A DNA stretch of 64,000 bases from an uncultured Thermoplasmata archaeon (GTDB lineage Archaea; Thermoplasmatota; Thermoplasmata; UBA10834). The notes under the pieces were generated by a model. That model was not told the origin of the DNA and searched no databases. It worked only from the letters and a program-made list of their open reading frames with translations. Both the position numbers and the translations under genes were made by a program. Shown piece by piece: positions 1 through 10,760 of the stretch. Each line of letters opens with the position of its first letter. Position 1 is the first letter of the stretch. The DNA is taken from assembly GCA_963719945.1 (NCBI GenBank), contig CAVRDX010000001.1, positions 842,199 to 906,198 on the forward strand, read 5' to 3'.

Positions 1-1
1 C

Positions 2-562
2 AAATTATCCACCGACTCCGACGATGCATACTCTGAGGTCTACCCGCTCGTACTGAACAACTCGCAGAATGCCACGATGAACGTAATGATCGAGTCGGCT
101 TCGAGCACTCCCATCGGCAACTACACGGTATCGATCGAAGGATCGGCACCGGCATCTGAAGAAGTAGCAAGCTATACGGGTTCAATGGACTTCCACTTCG
201 ATGTCATCCTGCCATCATTGACATTCTCGCTGCAGGACGACGGACAGACGGTACCGATCGGATCCAGTGGCAATTATACGATCCAGGTCAACAACACTGG
301 CATCGTTGATGTCACGATAACCATATCCGTAAGAGACCTGCCAGCATATGTCGCTGCGGTGATCGGCGTTGTCGACTCAGAAGAATCGACCTGGACCTCA
401 ACAAGCTTGGAGGTCACGGTCCCTGCGGAGGGAAACATCACACTCATAGCCGAGTTCATCGTATTGAATGATGCAACCCCGGGAACACAGTATGCAACTA
501 TAGAATCGACCTACCAGGACTTGCTGCTCGAAGAGACGATCATATCCATTGTAATCGAATGA
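2..562 (+). CDS. C-terminal part of a secreted or surface protein with Ig-like (CARDB/NEW3-like) domains; 5' end outside window
   Basis: Frame is open from base 2; beta-rich, acidic, several N-x-T sequons (NAT, NYT, NNT, NIT); V-x-N-T-G and ATPGT motifs. Confidence 0.6.
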   Translation, partial: KLSTDSDDAYSEVYPLVLNNSQNATMNVMIESASSTPIGNYTVSIEGSAPASEEVASYTGSMDFHFDVILPSLTFSLQDDGQTVPIGSSGNYTIQVNNTGIVDVTITISVRDLPAYVAAVIGVVDSEESTWTSTSLEVTVPAEGNITLIAEFIVLNDATPGTQYATIESTYQDLLLEETIISIVIE

Positions 563-564
563 TC

Positions 565-1557
565 TCAGAGACGCTCGAGGATCGAGAAATATCGGGTCAA
601 TGAACGATGCACCCATAGAGGATGCGTTTCCACCGTCGCAAATCCGTCTACAGATGAGATCATAGATTCTTCCGGTTTGGCGAGTACCACGCGTGAACCC
701 CGTTCAATTACTTCTCCGAAGGACGCGACTGATCGGGCAAACAACGAATCGAGGCTTTCCCCGTTGGTGCTTGTGGAACGACCATATGGAGGGTCGGTTG
801 CGATACCATCTACAGGACCGACGACATCTCTCAGATGGCCGACATCGCATACGAAGAATTCCGCACTTACGCCCAAATGAGCCATGTTCTCCTTGGCTCC
901 AGATATCATGTCCTCTGACAGGTCTGAACCAAGTGCGTTCTGACCAGCTAATGCAGCCTCAGTAACGATAGCGCCCGTCCCGCAGAACGGATCAAGGACA
1001 GTCCCTCCATCTCCGACACGAGTGAGATTGACCATCGCCCTCGCGAATTTCGGATGGACCGAGATGGGATATGTGAAAGGGAGGTATCTGTTCTTGCGCC
1101 TCTCGAACGAGGGACGATCAATCGAGCCAAGCAGCCGTCCCATGTACAATCGATTCGATGAAACGATTCGAAGCTCGGATCGAGGGGAGTGTAAATCGAC
1201 GCCCCGGCCCTTGCCGATTATCCCCCCGATCCTGCGGGACAGTTCCTGCAGATCAAGTCCTTCCTTGGGCAGGCCCACCTTGGTCGCCCTCACCCGGATA
1301 GGACCCTCGACTTCGGTCGCCTCCGCCAATGCATCGATATCCGCAAGGTCAGAAGATCCCTTGAACTCGGATATGTGATGGCATAGCGCGAGCCTATCAA
1401 CCAAGCGCTTGGGATCAGCACACGTTTCCAGCACCAGTATGCCGTCATCCTCTGCTATCACTCGAGGAGGATCTGAGTCCATGATCGAGGCAACAGCCTT
1501 TGCCTCTGAACGGGCGAGAGACTCGCATTCCAGGGACAGCTCGAACAGCAGCTTCAC
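565..1557 (-). CDS. tRNA (guanine(10)-N2)-methyltransferase, Trm11/Trm-G10 family (THUMP + SAM methyltransferase)
   Basis: VLDPFCGTG SAM motif, TDPPYGRS motif, HPKFARAMVNL and C-terminal HRSLTR. Confidence 0.85.
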   Translation of the reverse strand: MKLLFELSLECESLARSEAKAVASIMDSDPPRVIAEDDGILVLETCADPKRLVDRLALCHHISEFKGSSDLADIDALAEATEVEGPIRVRATKVGLPKEGLDLQELSRRIGGIIGKGRGVDLHSPRSELRIVSSNRLYMGRLLGSIDRPSFERRKNRYLPFTYPISVHPKFARAMVNLTRVGDGGTVLDPFCGTGAIVTEAALAGQNALGSDLSEDMISGAKENMAHLGVSAEFFVCDVGHLRDVVGPVDGIATDPPYGRSTSTNGESLDSLFARSVASFGEVIERGSRVVLAKPEESMISSVDGFATVETHPLWVHRSLTRYFSILERL

Positions 1558-1596
1558 GCATCTGCCAGATGCGCACGTATGCTTTAATCCTTCGAC

Positions 1597-3060
1597 CTAG
1601 TCAGATATCCCGCCCTCTGAGACCATGAACACTGCCTCGGCCTCCGGCAGGTTGGGTGAGTCGATGAGTCTGGCGATCCTCTTGCCGCCTTTGCTCTTGC
1701 GCAGGTATATCCTGAATGTCGCGGTGTGGCCCACAATATGACCGCCTATAGGCCTCGTCGGGTCTCCGAAGAACGCGTCAGGTTTTGCGGACACCTGGTT
1801 GGTGACCGCTATCACCGAGTTGTTCAGATCTCCGAACCTCAGAAGGTCGTGCATGTGCTTGTTCAGCATCTGCTGTCTCTCCGCAAGCGCACCCCTACCT
1901 ATGTATTCCGCGCGGAAATGCGCGGTCAGAGAATCGACTACGAGCAGACGGACAGGGTATTCCTTTGATAGTTCAGTCGCCTTGTCGACCAATAGAGTCT
2001 GATGGTGGCTGTTGAAGGCCCTCGCGACATGTATCTTCTTCAAGATCTCTTCGGGGTCGAGGTCCTGCGCCTCGGACATCTGGACGATCCTCTCCGGCCT
2101 GAAGGTCTGCTCCGTATCTATTATCATTGTGTGACCATCCAACCCCCCGTCTTCCACGGGCTTCGTGGTGTTCACAGCCAGCTGATGACAGAGTTGAGTA
2201 TTGTGAAGCACCGTTGGAAGATTGCCCCCTATGAACGAATGCGTCTTCGGGACGACGAGGTCGTACACATAATCTTCGTGAATGAACGGGCGCACTGCTC
2301 TGATCTCGTCCCATGAAAGAAGGTCCCGACGCTCGATGAATCCATCATCATCGTAACAGTCCTTGCTCGCTGGAGTCGCGATGAGATCTCCGGGCCTCAG
2401 TGCGGAAGTCGGAGTCCACGCTATATCACTATCCCTCATCGCAAACAACCTATGGGGACCCGTGAGTTCCAGCACTCGCCCGCCCTGGGTGACTACCTCG
2501 AACATGCGGGATACGCGTTCGCGATATATCGCCGCAGCGGGCACCTTCGCCAACGCGCCTTCAGACAGGCTGGGCACGCGGATGTCGTCCAGCGACGCCA
2601 TCTCGCCGGAATCGAACGGCCTCGATCTATCGCTCGCGTAGCGTTCGTACATCCTAGCAATCGATTCGACACGCACAGTGTCCGAGCAGGAGTATACCAG
2701 CTCGGTCTGGCCTGAGACGCACTTGCCTGATCCGAACTCGCCGAAGAACTCTGTGATGGCGCGACTCTCGAACCCGCCACCCATCAGCTCGTCCAATGCC
2801 TTCGAGTTCGAGCCTAGCTTGGAGATGCTCTTCCTGCGCTCGAGGAGGATGTCCCCTGTCTCGAATCCGCCCACATCGGCAGCTTTCTTGGCGGCCGCGA
2901 TTATCTTTGCGGCGGTGGACTCCCCTATCTCGGCGACCTCTGCCAGGTTCTTAGGTGAATCTACGGCAATCGTCATGACATCTGTATAGCCCGCCTCTCT
3001 GAGCTTCTCAAAGATCGCTGGGCCGACACCAGGAAGCTTTTCGATATCCTCCTCGGACAT
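1597..3060 (-). CDS. radA: DNA repair and recombination protein RadA, interrupted by an intein
   Basis: N-terminal HhH (LPGVGP), Walker A GEFGSGK/T split by an intein, [25 protein letters not shown]; start taken at ATG 3060. Confidence 0.97.
   Translation of the reverse strand: MSEEDIEKLPGVGPAIFEKLREAGYTDVMTIAVDSPKNLAEVAEIGESTAAKIIAAAKKAADVGGFETGDILLERRKSISKLGSNSKALDELMGGGFESRAITEFFGEFGSGKCVSGQTELVYSCSDTVRVESIARMYERYASDRSRPFDSGEMASLDDIRVPSLSEGALAKVPAAAIYRERVSRMFEVVTQGGRVLELTGPHRLFAMRDSDIAWTPTSALRPGDLIATPASKDCYDDDGFIERRDLLSWDEIRAVRPFIHEDYVYDLVVPKTHSFIGGNLPTVLHNTQLCHQLAVNTTKPVEDGGLDGHTMIIDTEQTFRPERIVQMSEAQDLDPEEILKKIHVARAFNSHHQTLLVDKATELSKEYPVRLLVVDSLTAHFRAEYIGRGALAERQQMLNKHMHDLLRFGDLNNSVIAVTNQVSAKPDAFFGDPTRPIGGHIVGHTATFRIYLRKSKGGKRIARLIDSPNLPEAEAVFMVSEGGISD
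2200..2721 (-). other. Mini-intein (174 aa, no homing endonuclease) in the RadA P-loop
   Basis: Starts CVSGQT right after GSGK; block B TGPH; block F YVYDLVV; ends LHN followed by +1 Thr. Confidence 0.95.
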
Positions 3061-3232
3061 AGTGATCAAACACCTTCTGAATCAAAACCAGCTGGACTGT
3101 TTATAAGCATATTGATTGGAGGTATGCGAAAATGGTCGCATACCATGTGCCGTGGGTCGGTCCAGTCATCTTGAATACGTTAGAAATGGTCACCGAAAGG
3201 TATTAAACCAGATTCGTTCTTCGAGGGAAAGA

Positions 3233-3979
3233 ATGGCCAAGAAGAGGAAGAAAGAGGAGAAAGAGGAATACGAGTTCAAGCCTCCTACATTCGATGAGAA
3301 GGAGTTCCTGCAGAAGGAACTCCGAGACACGAGGACCGTGCTGTTCACTATCGGATATGGCGCGCTGGCCGGACTCATCGCAGGACTGATATCCGACTTC
3401 AACCAGGATCTCGTGTTCATCGGTTTGATCATAGTCATAGCCGGTCTGGTCTCCCTCAAATACTTCTACTCGGTGATCAAGGTAGATACATCCCAGTTCC
3501 AGAAGAAGAACTGGGCGGGCAATGTTGTGTGGTTCTTCTTCACGTTCCTGGCCATATGGGTGCTACTATTCAATTTTCCGTTCGCTGACCATGCAAACCC
3601 TTCGGTCAGGGATGTGGTCGTCTGGGTCTATGACGGGGACAGCTACACTGCGGTCGACTACAAATATGTGGACTCGTCCGGAAGCTATGAATGGGTACCA
3701 AGGGACGATGTCATACTCAGCACCCTTGTCCATGCATCATCCAACTACACGGTCAATATAACCGCCAGGATAGCTGATAATGGCAATCTAGCATCGGCGA
3801 GGATCGTCATCGGCAGCGGCACATACGTTCCGATGACCTACGAAGGGAATCACAGATATGGGTATCAGATAGATGGTGCCGACCTTCCTTCTGGCGGGCT
3901 GTCATTCTCGATCGAGGCAATTGACGAAGTCGATAACATCACCATCTTCGAGCCTGTCTCTGCGATACCTGTGGTCTGA
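3233..3979 (+). CDS. Hypothetical membrane protein (3 TM plus extracellular beta domain)
   Basis: ATG 3233 follows TATA-like TATTAAA at 3201; charged N-terminus then three hydrophobic segments. Confidence 0.7.
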   Translation: MAKKRKKEEKEEYEFKPPTFDEKEFLQKELRDTRTVLFTIGYGALAGLIAGLISDFNQDLVFIGLIIVIAGLVSLKYFYSVIKVDTSQFQKKNWAGNVVWFFFTFLAIWVLLFNFPFADHANPSVRDVVVWVYDGDSYTAVDYKYVDSSGSYEWVPRDDVILSTLVHASSNYTVNITARIADNGNLASARIVIGSGTYVPMTYEGNHRYGYQIDGADLPSGGLSFSIEAIDEVDNITIFEPVSAIPVV

Positions 3980-4002
3980 TGAACCCACGATGGGAACACT
4001 CA

Positions 4003-5337
4003 TCATTCATCTCTTTCCCAGGGCATGCGATCGTCAAAGTGTTGCGTCAGCGCCGCCATATAATCTTTTGATGCGAGCGTCTTGCCGCTGACGACCGAGA
4101 TATCATCCAGCTTCTTGACGTCCTTGCCCAGCCTCAGGTTCCTTATATTGCTCCGAAGGATGGCATCGGCGCGGGTGAACTCGCGCTTCACATGAACGAA
4201 CCATCTGCCGTCTTCGATATACGGCTCAGAGAGTCCGCTCGAGCGCCACTTCTCCAGAAACTCGGAAGCGTTCTCAGAATACTCCGGCGGCCCTTTGTGT
4301 ACCCTCATATCCTGCAGCCTGCTCGACGAGAGCTCGATGAGAAGATCCACTCTACTATCCTGGACGAAGACTGATGCCTTCTCCACCTCGAAATCGTTCC
4401 TCTTGAGCAATGATTCTGCAGCGACCAGCGATTTCCTCAACTGAGGGTACAGGACATCGTCGATGAGGTCCAGTTTGGGCATGCTGATGGCCACCATCTC
4501 GTCTAATCTCTTCCCTGCCACCTTCATAAGCCTATCGGATCGCCAGGTCTTCCGCTCAGCGGGATAGAAGAATCTTGCAGAGGGATGGCCCATGTACTCC
4601 CTGCTGGCCCTGACGAAGCGGACCAGAGACTCGAGCGAGACCGCAGATGCCACGTTCCTGCCATGGTCGACCGGGTCAATGAACGTCAAAGGCTCCCTGA
4701 AGGGTTCCCCTGAGTGTTCAGACAACTCGATATGCTGTCCCGAGGTCCATCCCGTCGCCGACTCGAGCACCTCACGGAAGCCTCCGAAGCGAATGATCAG
4801 CAGTTCGCACAGATAGCCTGAGAAGCCCTGGACCTTCGCTTCGGCACCGTAGCACTCTATCCCTTTCATGAACCGCTTCAGAAGGCGGACCTGGTCGGTC
4901 TGCTCCTTGGACAGATTGTCATTTATGAACCTCGTATGGAATGGCGTGCGGTCGACCGCGCTCATCTTCATCCTGGTGTCGCGTATCTTGAATGCTGGAA
5001 CGAGGTCCACCTGGAACCCCATGAAATGCCCTCGCACGTAAGGGTGCTGCGCATAGTGCTCCCTCCCGGTGATGACATTCCTCGCGATCTCCAGCCCCTT
5101 CTCCTTGAGCGTCTCCAACGGGGTGCTCTCCGGGAACAGCATGAACAGGTCGATGTCAGGGTCCTTCAGATGGGTCCCCTTGGCCACAGAGCCTACGAGC
5201 ATGACCTCGATGTGCGCGTGTCTTCTACGCGCCTCGTTCAGAACCATCTCCGTAAGCTCGCTGGCGGCATCATGTACCTTGCGGTCCTGGACCGCAGTGG
5301 GCCTGCACTTCGTAAGGATCTCCGTCTCGATGGACAT
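4003..5337 (-). CDS. cca: CCA-adding enzyme (archaeal class I)
   Basis: GSVAKGTHL..DIDLF nucleotidyltransferase motif, SAVDRTPFH, GFSGYLCELL, DPVD..RNVA. Confidence 0.95.
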   Translation of the reverse strand: MSIETEILTKCRPTAVQDRKVHDAASELTEMVLNEARRRHAHIEVMLVGSVAKGTHLKDPDIDLFMLFPESTPLETLKEKGLEIARNVITGREHYAQHPYVRGHFMGFQVDLVPAFKIRDTRMKMSAVDRTPFHTRFINDNLSKEQTDQVRLLKRFMKGIECYGAEAKVQGFSGYLCELLIIRFGGFREVLESATGWTSGQHIELSEHSGEPFREPLTFIDPVDHGRNVASAVSLESLVRFVRASREYMGHPSARFFYPAERKTWRSDRLMKVAGKRLDEMVAISMPKLDLIDDVLYPQLRKSLVAAESLLKRNDFEVEKASVFVQDSRVDLLIELSSSRLQDMRVHKGPPEYSENASEFLEKWRSSGLSEPYIEDGRWFVHVKREFTRADAILRSNIRNLRLGKDVKKLDDISVVSGKTLASKDYMAALTQHFDDRMPWERDE

Positions 5338-5478
5338 TGCCCAGTTATTGGCCCATGAGATAATAAAGAGAGACGGGCGACCCCGATTGAAAATTCTTTA
5401 ACGAATATCGGACCTGCATGAATCATGCACATTCGTGCCCTATCGTTTTGTCACAAAATCAGGATGGAAAGGAAGGAT

Positions 5479-5557
5479 GGTGTCTTTCGGTCGGTGTGGT
5501 GGGGATTGTCAAAACTTCTTGCTTAGGAGGAAAGTTGAGCCACCAACCTAAGACACC
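5479..5557 (-). ncRNA. Candidate structured small RNA
   Basis: TATA box at 5580-5586, long terminal stem GGTGTCTT/AAGACACC plus GGTTGGTG/CACCGACC with a G-U pair on the minus strand, downstream pyrimidine tract; no ORF. Confidence 0.55.
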
Positions 5558-5650
5558 GAAAATAGCCTAGTCGAGACGGTATATATGAGCGTTTCTGCCA
5601 TACTTACCCAGATAGGCCGGGATTAGTATCGAAAGGATGTATTTCGTATG

Positions 5651-6007
5651 TCAGAGGCCGTCCCTGATAGTGGACGACTGGATATTTGAGGCGGATATCG
5701 AATCCTCGAGTTCCTTCAGGTGGATTTCATCGATCTCTGATACGCTTACGAGTTCCGTATTCGTCCCTCCGAGATACAACACTACGACGATTCTTCCGTT
5801 CGAATATAGTTCAGCGAATCCGAAATCGGAAGCCGGGGCCCACATGTTCCTCCTAAAGGACAGCGAGCATGCTGACGCTATGCTTTCGAACAGAGGGACC
5901 AACTCCCTCGGTGCCTCGTCGGTGCGGATGATCGCCAAAGTCATCGCCGATTTCATGCAATGAGCGCTTATCTCGGCGATTTCGTGGTCCGCCAATTTGG
6001 CTGGCAT
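5651..6007 (-). CDS. Hypothetical protein
   Basis: 118-aa ORF filling the intergenic space; no recognised motif. Confidence 0.5.
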   Translation of the reverse strand: MPAKLADHEIAEISAHCMKSAMTLAIIRTDEAPRELVPLFESIASACSLSFRRNMWAPASDFGFAELYSNGRIVVVLYLGGTNTELVSVSEIDEIHLKELEDSISASNIQSSTIRDGL

Positions 6008-6273
6008 CAGCCGCGCCTATCCCGCGGATGTTAGATAATCCTTCCGCAGGAAGGGCATACACAGATTCTGGACGATGTCTCAAGATTTAATATCCCAAAC
6101 CGCAATCACGCGATTCAAGGGGATGGGGTCACACAATGTGTTCTGATAGAGATTGCCAGATATTCCGAGGGATGATCATCGCATGCGACCTGTGCATGAA
6201 GAACGACAAGAACGGTTCCCAGAATGCCGTCGCCGGCATTCCGGATGAGAGGACAAGCGCTCGGATGCTTTGA

Positions 6274-7086
6274 TCACTTCTCAGGCGACAGCCTTATCCT
6301 GTCGCTGACCTCGATGCCGTCCTTCTCGAACTCGAGGCACATGAAATCGCGGGCGGCGACCGTCCTGACGCCAGAGCTGTTCTCGATCCATTTGGCCTGT
6401 GTCTCCGGGTTCTCCTGTATCACGCGCATGCCGAAGTGCGTGATGACCGCCATCTCAGGACGTATCTTCTCGATGAGGTATCCAGCATCCTCGGTGCTCA
6501 GGTGGTGCGGTATCCTCTGCCCGAGCGGGCGCGTGACGCACGCTATGAGTATCCTGCACTTCTTATGGGCCTTGATGACCTGCTCCAGGAGCTGCGTGTC
6601 CGATATGTATGACACGATACCGCCGGAGGTCTGTATCCTGAACCCCACAGAGCTCGTGTCGGAATGAGCCGACGGGGTCGCCCATACCTCGAACGGTTTC
6701 AGTGTCATCTTGGAGAACGGCTCCATTATCTTGACATGCTTTGGCTTGGCCAGATGATACTTGGATATCGCAGGGCCAAAACCGCCGTCGCCTTCGATGA
6801 CGCTCCTGCTGCCGATCAGTATGCCCTGCTTCCTGGTCCCGCCCTCGGTCATCGCCTCGATGAGTATCTCCGCGTCCATGTAATGGTCTGGGTGGCAATG
6901 GGATACGAGGATGGCATGGGTCTTCATAGGGTCTAGCCCTATCGAACGCATTTGCACCAGGGCTCCAGGACCCGGATCGACATGCAGGTTCCTCTCGTCC
7001 TCTATATATATGCCGCCCGTCGCCCTGGCCTGATAAATCGTAGCGAACCGTCCTCCGCCAGTCCCCAGAAAAGTGATACGTACCAT
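6274..7086 (-). CDS. MBL-fold metallo-hydrolase
   Basis: FLGTGGG, DPGPG, SHCHPDH metal motif, SDT, THFG. Confidence 0.9.
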   Translation of the reverse strand: MVRITFLGTGGGRFATIYQARATGGIYIEDERNLHVDPGPGALVQMRSIGLDPMKTHAILVSHCHPDHYMDAEILIEAMTEGGTRKQGILIGSRSVIEGDGGFGPAISKYHLAKPKHVKIMEPFSKMTLKPFEVWATPSAHSDTSSVGFRIQTSGGIVSYISDTQLLEQVIKAHKKCRILIACVTRPLGQRIPHHLSTEDAGYLIEKIRPEMAVITHFGMRVIQENPETQAKWIENSSGVRTVAARDFMCLEFEKDGIEVSDRIRLSPEK

Positions 7087-7146
7087 GACTGACAAACCTT
7101 AATGCTTGGTCCCTTTAATACCCTTCCGCAGCCAGAGGTGAGCCAT

Positions 7147-8436
7147 CTGTCGACCCTGATCAAGAACGGAATCGTCGTGACCCAGAATGCGAGCAGGCAG
7201 ATACTGAGAGGAGATGTTCTCATCGACGGGGACAGAATAGTCCAGGTGGGAAAGGTGGACCGAAAGGCAGATGACATCCTGGACGCCAGCGGATGCATCG
7301 TTATGCCCGGGCTCATCAACTGTCATTCGCATGTCTCGATGGCGCTCATGCGCAGCGTAGCGGACGATGTGAAGCTAGAGGGGTTCCTTGCGCGCACATT
7401 CGCAGTAGACTCCAAACGCACGGCGGAAGACGTCGGCATCGGAGCGAGTCTGGGATGCCTCGAGATGGCGAGGACCGGCACCACGACTTTCCTGGACATA
7501 TACTATCACCAGGATGTAATTGCGAAGAGCGTCGAAGAGGTCGGGATAAGAGGATATCTGGGATGGGCTGTCCTGGACGAGCAGTTCACCACGCAGGATG
7601 GTGTGCCGGTCGAGAACTGCGAGAAGTTCATACGAGGCCATGAGGGAAGGAAGCTCATCACCCCAGTGGTAGCGCCTCAGGGCGTCTATGTCTGCTCAGA
7701 CGAGACGCTAATGAAATCAAAGGAGCTCGCAGCCAGGACCAAGACCTTCTGTCACTTTCACTTGTCCGAGACGAGGTACGAGGTGTACGAGTATCAGAAG
7801 GTCAAGGGGAAGAGACCATGCGATCATCTCGCAGACATGGGCTTCTTCTCGAAGGGGGATGTCGCCGCCCACGGAGTCTGGCTCACGATCAACGAGATAA
7901 GGAAGCTGGCCAAGGCCGGAGTGGCAGTCGCCCATTGCCCCACATCCAACATGAAGCTCGCGAGCGGGGGAGTCGCACCCCTTCCAGAGATGTTCGAGAA
8001 CGGCGTCACCGTCGCCTTGGGCACGGACGGATGCTCGTCAAACAACGGGCTCGACATGTTCCTGGAGATGAAGTTCGCATCCCTCATGCACAAGGCGCAC
8101 AAATGGGATGCGTCCGTGCTGCCTGCTCAGAAGGTCCTCGATCTCTCGACCATAGACGCGGCCAAGGCATTGGGCGCGGAGAAGGATCTTGGCTCGATCG
8201 AACCTGGAAAGAAGGCGGACATCGTCATAATCGACTGCGACACTCCAGGCATGACGCCCACCACTCTAGACAACGCTGTCGCGAACCTCGCCTACGCATC
8301 TGCCGGCTCGGCGGTCAGGGATACGATAGTAGATGGAAGATTTGTGGTGCTCAACCATGAGGTCGTGACGGTCGACGAGAAGAAGGTGCTTCAGAGCGCC
8401 CGAGAGGCGGCAGAGGACCTGCTCTCAAAGTGTTGA
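7147..8436 (+). CDS. Amidohydrolase, MTA/SAH/5'-deoxyadenosine deaminase family
   Basis: PGLINCHSH, HLSET, AHGVW, HCPTSNMKL, LGTDG; start placed at CTG 7147 after SD GAGGTGA (GTG 7138 is the alternative). Confidence 0.85.
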   Translation: MSTLIKNGIVVTQNASRQILRGDVLIDGDRIVQVGKVDRKADDILDASGCIVMPGLINCHSHVSMALMRSVADDVKLEGFLARTFAVDSKRTAEDVGIGASLGCLEMARTGTTTFLDIYYHQDVIAKSVEEVGIRGYLGWAVLDEQFTTQDGVPVENCEKFIRGHEGRKLITPVVAPQGVYVCSDETLMKSKELAARTKTFCHFHLSETRYEVYEYQKVKGKRPCDHLADMGFFSKGDVAAHGVWLTINEIRKLAKAGVAVAHCPTSNMKLASGGVAPLPEMFENGVTVALGTDGCSSNNGLDMFLEMKFASLMHKAHKWDASVLPAQKVLDLSTIDAAKALGAEKDLGSIEPGKKADIVIIDCDTPGMTPTTLDNAVANLAYASAGSAVRDTIVDGRFVVLNHEVVTVDEKKVLQSAREAAEDLLSKC

Positions 8437-8492
8437 AATGGATAGAAAGCAAGGGGTTTAGCGGAAAGGGTTTGACTCCTCACCAAGAAGAC

Positions 8493-9614
8493 CTATTCGT
8501 CGTCAACCGCCTTCTGGCCGACCCTTGCCATCTTGTCCTTCTTGGCGATATCAGCGATCTTCTCGGCATCGATCTTCTCCTGGATCAGAACATCCTCGAT
8601 GGCTTTCATGTCCCTTCGGAGTTCCTCCGGCTTCGGGATAGGACCGAGGACGTCGTCGGCCTTGCCTACCGATCGCTCAATGTCTGCGATGTTCGAGACC
8701 TCACGCTGCGGGGTGAGACGACCTACGCCCAGGTACTCGGAAACACCATCCATAAGTCTCGTCATCTCGAACGGGAAGATGATCTTGGTCGCCTGTCCGT
8801 TGCTCAGATGCTTGAGGGCCTCAAGGGACAGCACGGTCAATGCTTTCGAGTCGAGCGGGGCTGCACCGACGGATATCACCCTCAGTTTCTGGGCCTCACC
8901 CTGAGCCTCCAGTATTATCGCTAGCCTGGCGCCTTCGGCCTCGAGTATCCTCGACTGCCTCAGGCCTTCGGCCTGCAATATGCGGGATTGCTTGTCACCC
9001 TCGGCGTTGAGGATAGAGGCGCGCTTCTGGCCGTCCGCCTTCAGGATCGCCGCCCGCCTCAACCTCTCCGCGGATGTCTGCTCCTCCATCGCATCCTTGA
9101 CCTTGCCTGCGGGGTCGACCTCTCTGATCTCAACCGCCTCGACCTTCACGCCCCACTTATCAGTGGCCTCGTCCAGAACGTCCCTCAGGTGAGTATTGAT
9201 CCTCTCCCTGTTGGAGAGTATCTCATCCAGCTCCATGTCACCGATGACGGATCTAAGGGTTGTCTGCGCGAGGTAGATGGTCGCTGTGCGATAGTTAGTG
9301 ACCTCGAAGAACGCCTTCTTCGGGTCGATGACCTTGATGTAGATGATTGCATCGACGTTCGTAGGCGAGTTGTCCTTTGTTATGACCTCCTGCCTCGGGA
9401 CGTCGAGCACCTGGGTCCTCAGGTCGATCTTGATGACCTCGTTTATCAACGGACGGACCCAATTGAAACCCTGGTCCAGTATCTTCATGTACCTACCCAG
9501 GCTCATGTAGATACCCTGCTCGTACGGTCTGATGATCTTGATCCCGTTCGTCAATATGACCAGGGCTACGATGACCATCAGTATGACGAATGCTATGATT
9601 GTCCCTACTGCCAT
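8493..9614 (-). CDS. SPFH/band 7 (stomatin-like) membrane protein
   Basis: N-terminal TM, QEVITKDN, AQTTLRSVIG, AERLRRA and AEG repeats. Confidence 0.93.
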   Translation of the reverse strand: MAVGTIIAFVILMVIVALVILTNGIKIIRPYEQGIYMSLGRYMKILDQGFNWVRPLINEVIKIDLRTQVLDVPRQEVITKDNSPTNVDAIIYIKVIDPKKAFFEVTNYRTATIYLAQTTLRSVIGDMELDEILSNRERINTHLRDVLDEATDKWGVKVEAVEIREVDPAGKVKDAMEEQTSAERLRRAAILKADGQKRASILNAEGDKQSRILQAEGLRQSRILEAEGARLAIILEAQGEAQKLRVISVGAAPLDSKALTVLSLEALKHLSNGQATKIIFPFEMTRLMDGVSEYLGVGRLTPQREVSNIADIERSVGKADDVLGPIPKPEELRRDMKAIEDVLIQEKIDAEKIADIAKKDKMARVGQKAVDDE

Positions 9615-9656
9615 TCCAAATCCTCCTCCAATATCGATATTACATATTCAGAAGGC

Positions 9657-10127
9657 TCACTTAGCCTTCTCGACTACCTCGGGCAGCTCCTCCACTACCA
9701 CATGGACGCCCATGCTGTCCCGAACGATGACCTTCTTCCCAACAGGGATGACCTTCGGCGACGTGGCGCTCCAAGTGTCGTTGGCCACGCGCACCTTGCC
9801 CTTCAACGAATCCGGAAGCACCTCCCTCTCAACGATGCCCACCTTACCGATCAGCGATGTCGCGACGGTGGTCTCAGGGGGTCCGGGTGGGGCCAGGTTC
9901 TGGTAGAGCTTGATCGTGACCAGTGTCATCGGCACCAACACCACGAGTGCCAGGACCGGTGCGTACCAGGTGACCAGCCAATCGGGATACAGCAATCCCA
10001 CGCCACCTAGGACGACGAGTACCGTCGCCGGCACGATTATGAATGACCCTGGCGACATTGCCTCTGCCAAGAGCATGAAGATTCCCACGACGAGAATTAC
10101 CAGAGCCAATTCGAATTCGATGGCCAT
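9657..10127 (-). CDS. NfeD-like protein (stomatin partner)
   Basis: Hydrophobic N-terminus, LIGKVG..GKVRV..WSA OB-fold; directly upstream of the SPFH gene. Confidence 0.88.
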   Translation of the reverse strand: MAIEFELALVILVVGIFMLLAEAMSPGSFIIVPATVLVVLGGVGLLYPDWLVTWYAPVLALVVLVPMTLVTIKLYQNLAPPGPPETTVATSLIGKVGIVEREVLPDSLKGKVRVANDTWSATSPKVIPVGKKVIVRDSMGVHVVVEELPEVVEKAK

Positions 10128-10224
10128 ATTCAACAACACTTCATTGTGCCTATATATTGTTTATGTAGGAAAACCAGAACGGCACTTCCGCTGAGATCAA
10201 ACGATTTCGAGAGGGTTCACACCA

Positions 10225-10602
10225 TCACCTAAGTCTCATCCTGGCGACATGGTAGCACCAGAGGCCGTGTCTCCTAAGCGCGTCATTAGTGTTCTCGGGT
10301 GTGACTCTCTGAGGCTCCGTCCTGTATTTCAGGACGTCCTCGATGGGATAGCCGATGTAATCCGAGAGCTTCAGAAGGCGCTCGTAAGGGAACGGCTGCT
10401 CACCCACGAGTATCTGGCGCACGCTCCAGCCGGGGTGTATCCTCGAGCGGTACCCCATCTCTCTGGCGAGTCGGTTGATGCTTCCAGCCTTCTCGATCCC
10501 AGTCTTGATTAAAAACACTCGGAACGACGATGCTATCCAAACGCGCGCATCGTTGGCCTGAGCCCTAATGTGTCTACCGCCATATACGTCCGCGGGACCC
10601 AT
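10225..10602 (-). CDS. Hypothetical protein with HTH-like segment
   Basis: GSINRLAREMGY resembles an HTH; upstream TATA-like ATATATAA. Confidence 0.6.
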   Translation of the reverse strand: MGPADVYGGRHIRAQANDARVWIASSFRVFLIKTGIEKAGSINRLAREMGYRSRIHPGWSVRQILVGEQPFPYERLLKLSDYIGYPIEDVLKYRTEPQRVTPENTNDALRRHGLWCYHVARMRLR

Positions 10603-10760
10603 GTGAGGGCACTATTGCAATCATTCATTATATATCTCTGCCTGAGATGTACATCACACTCGCGGTACGTACCAATTTATTTGGTCGTTAATCTAGTACA
10701 GTTATCAAACTATGCATCATTTATCAGTATTGGCACCGTTATAGTTGATGAGGAAAGACC

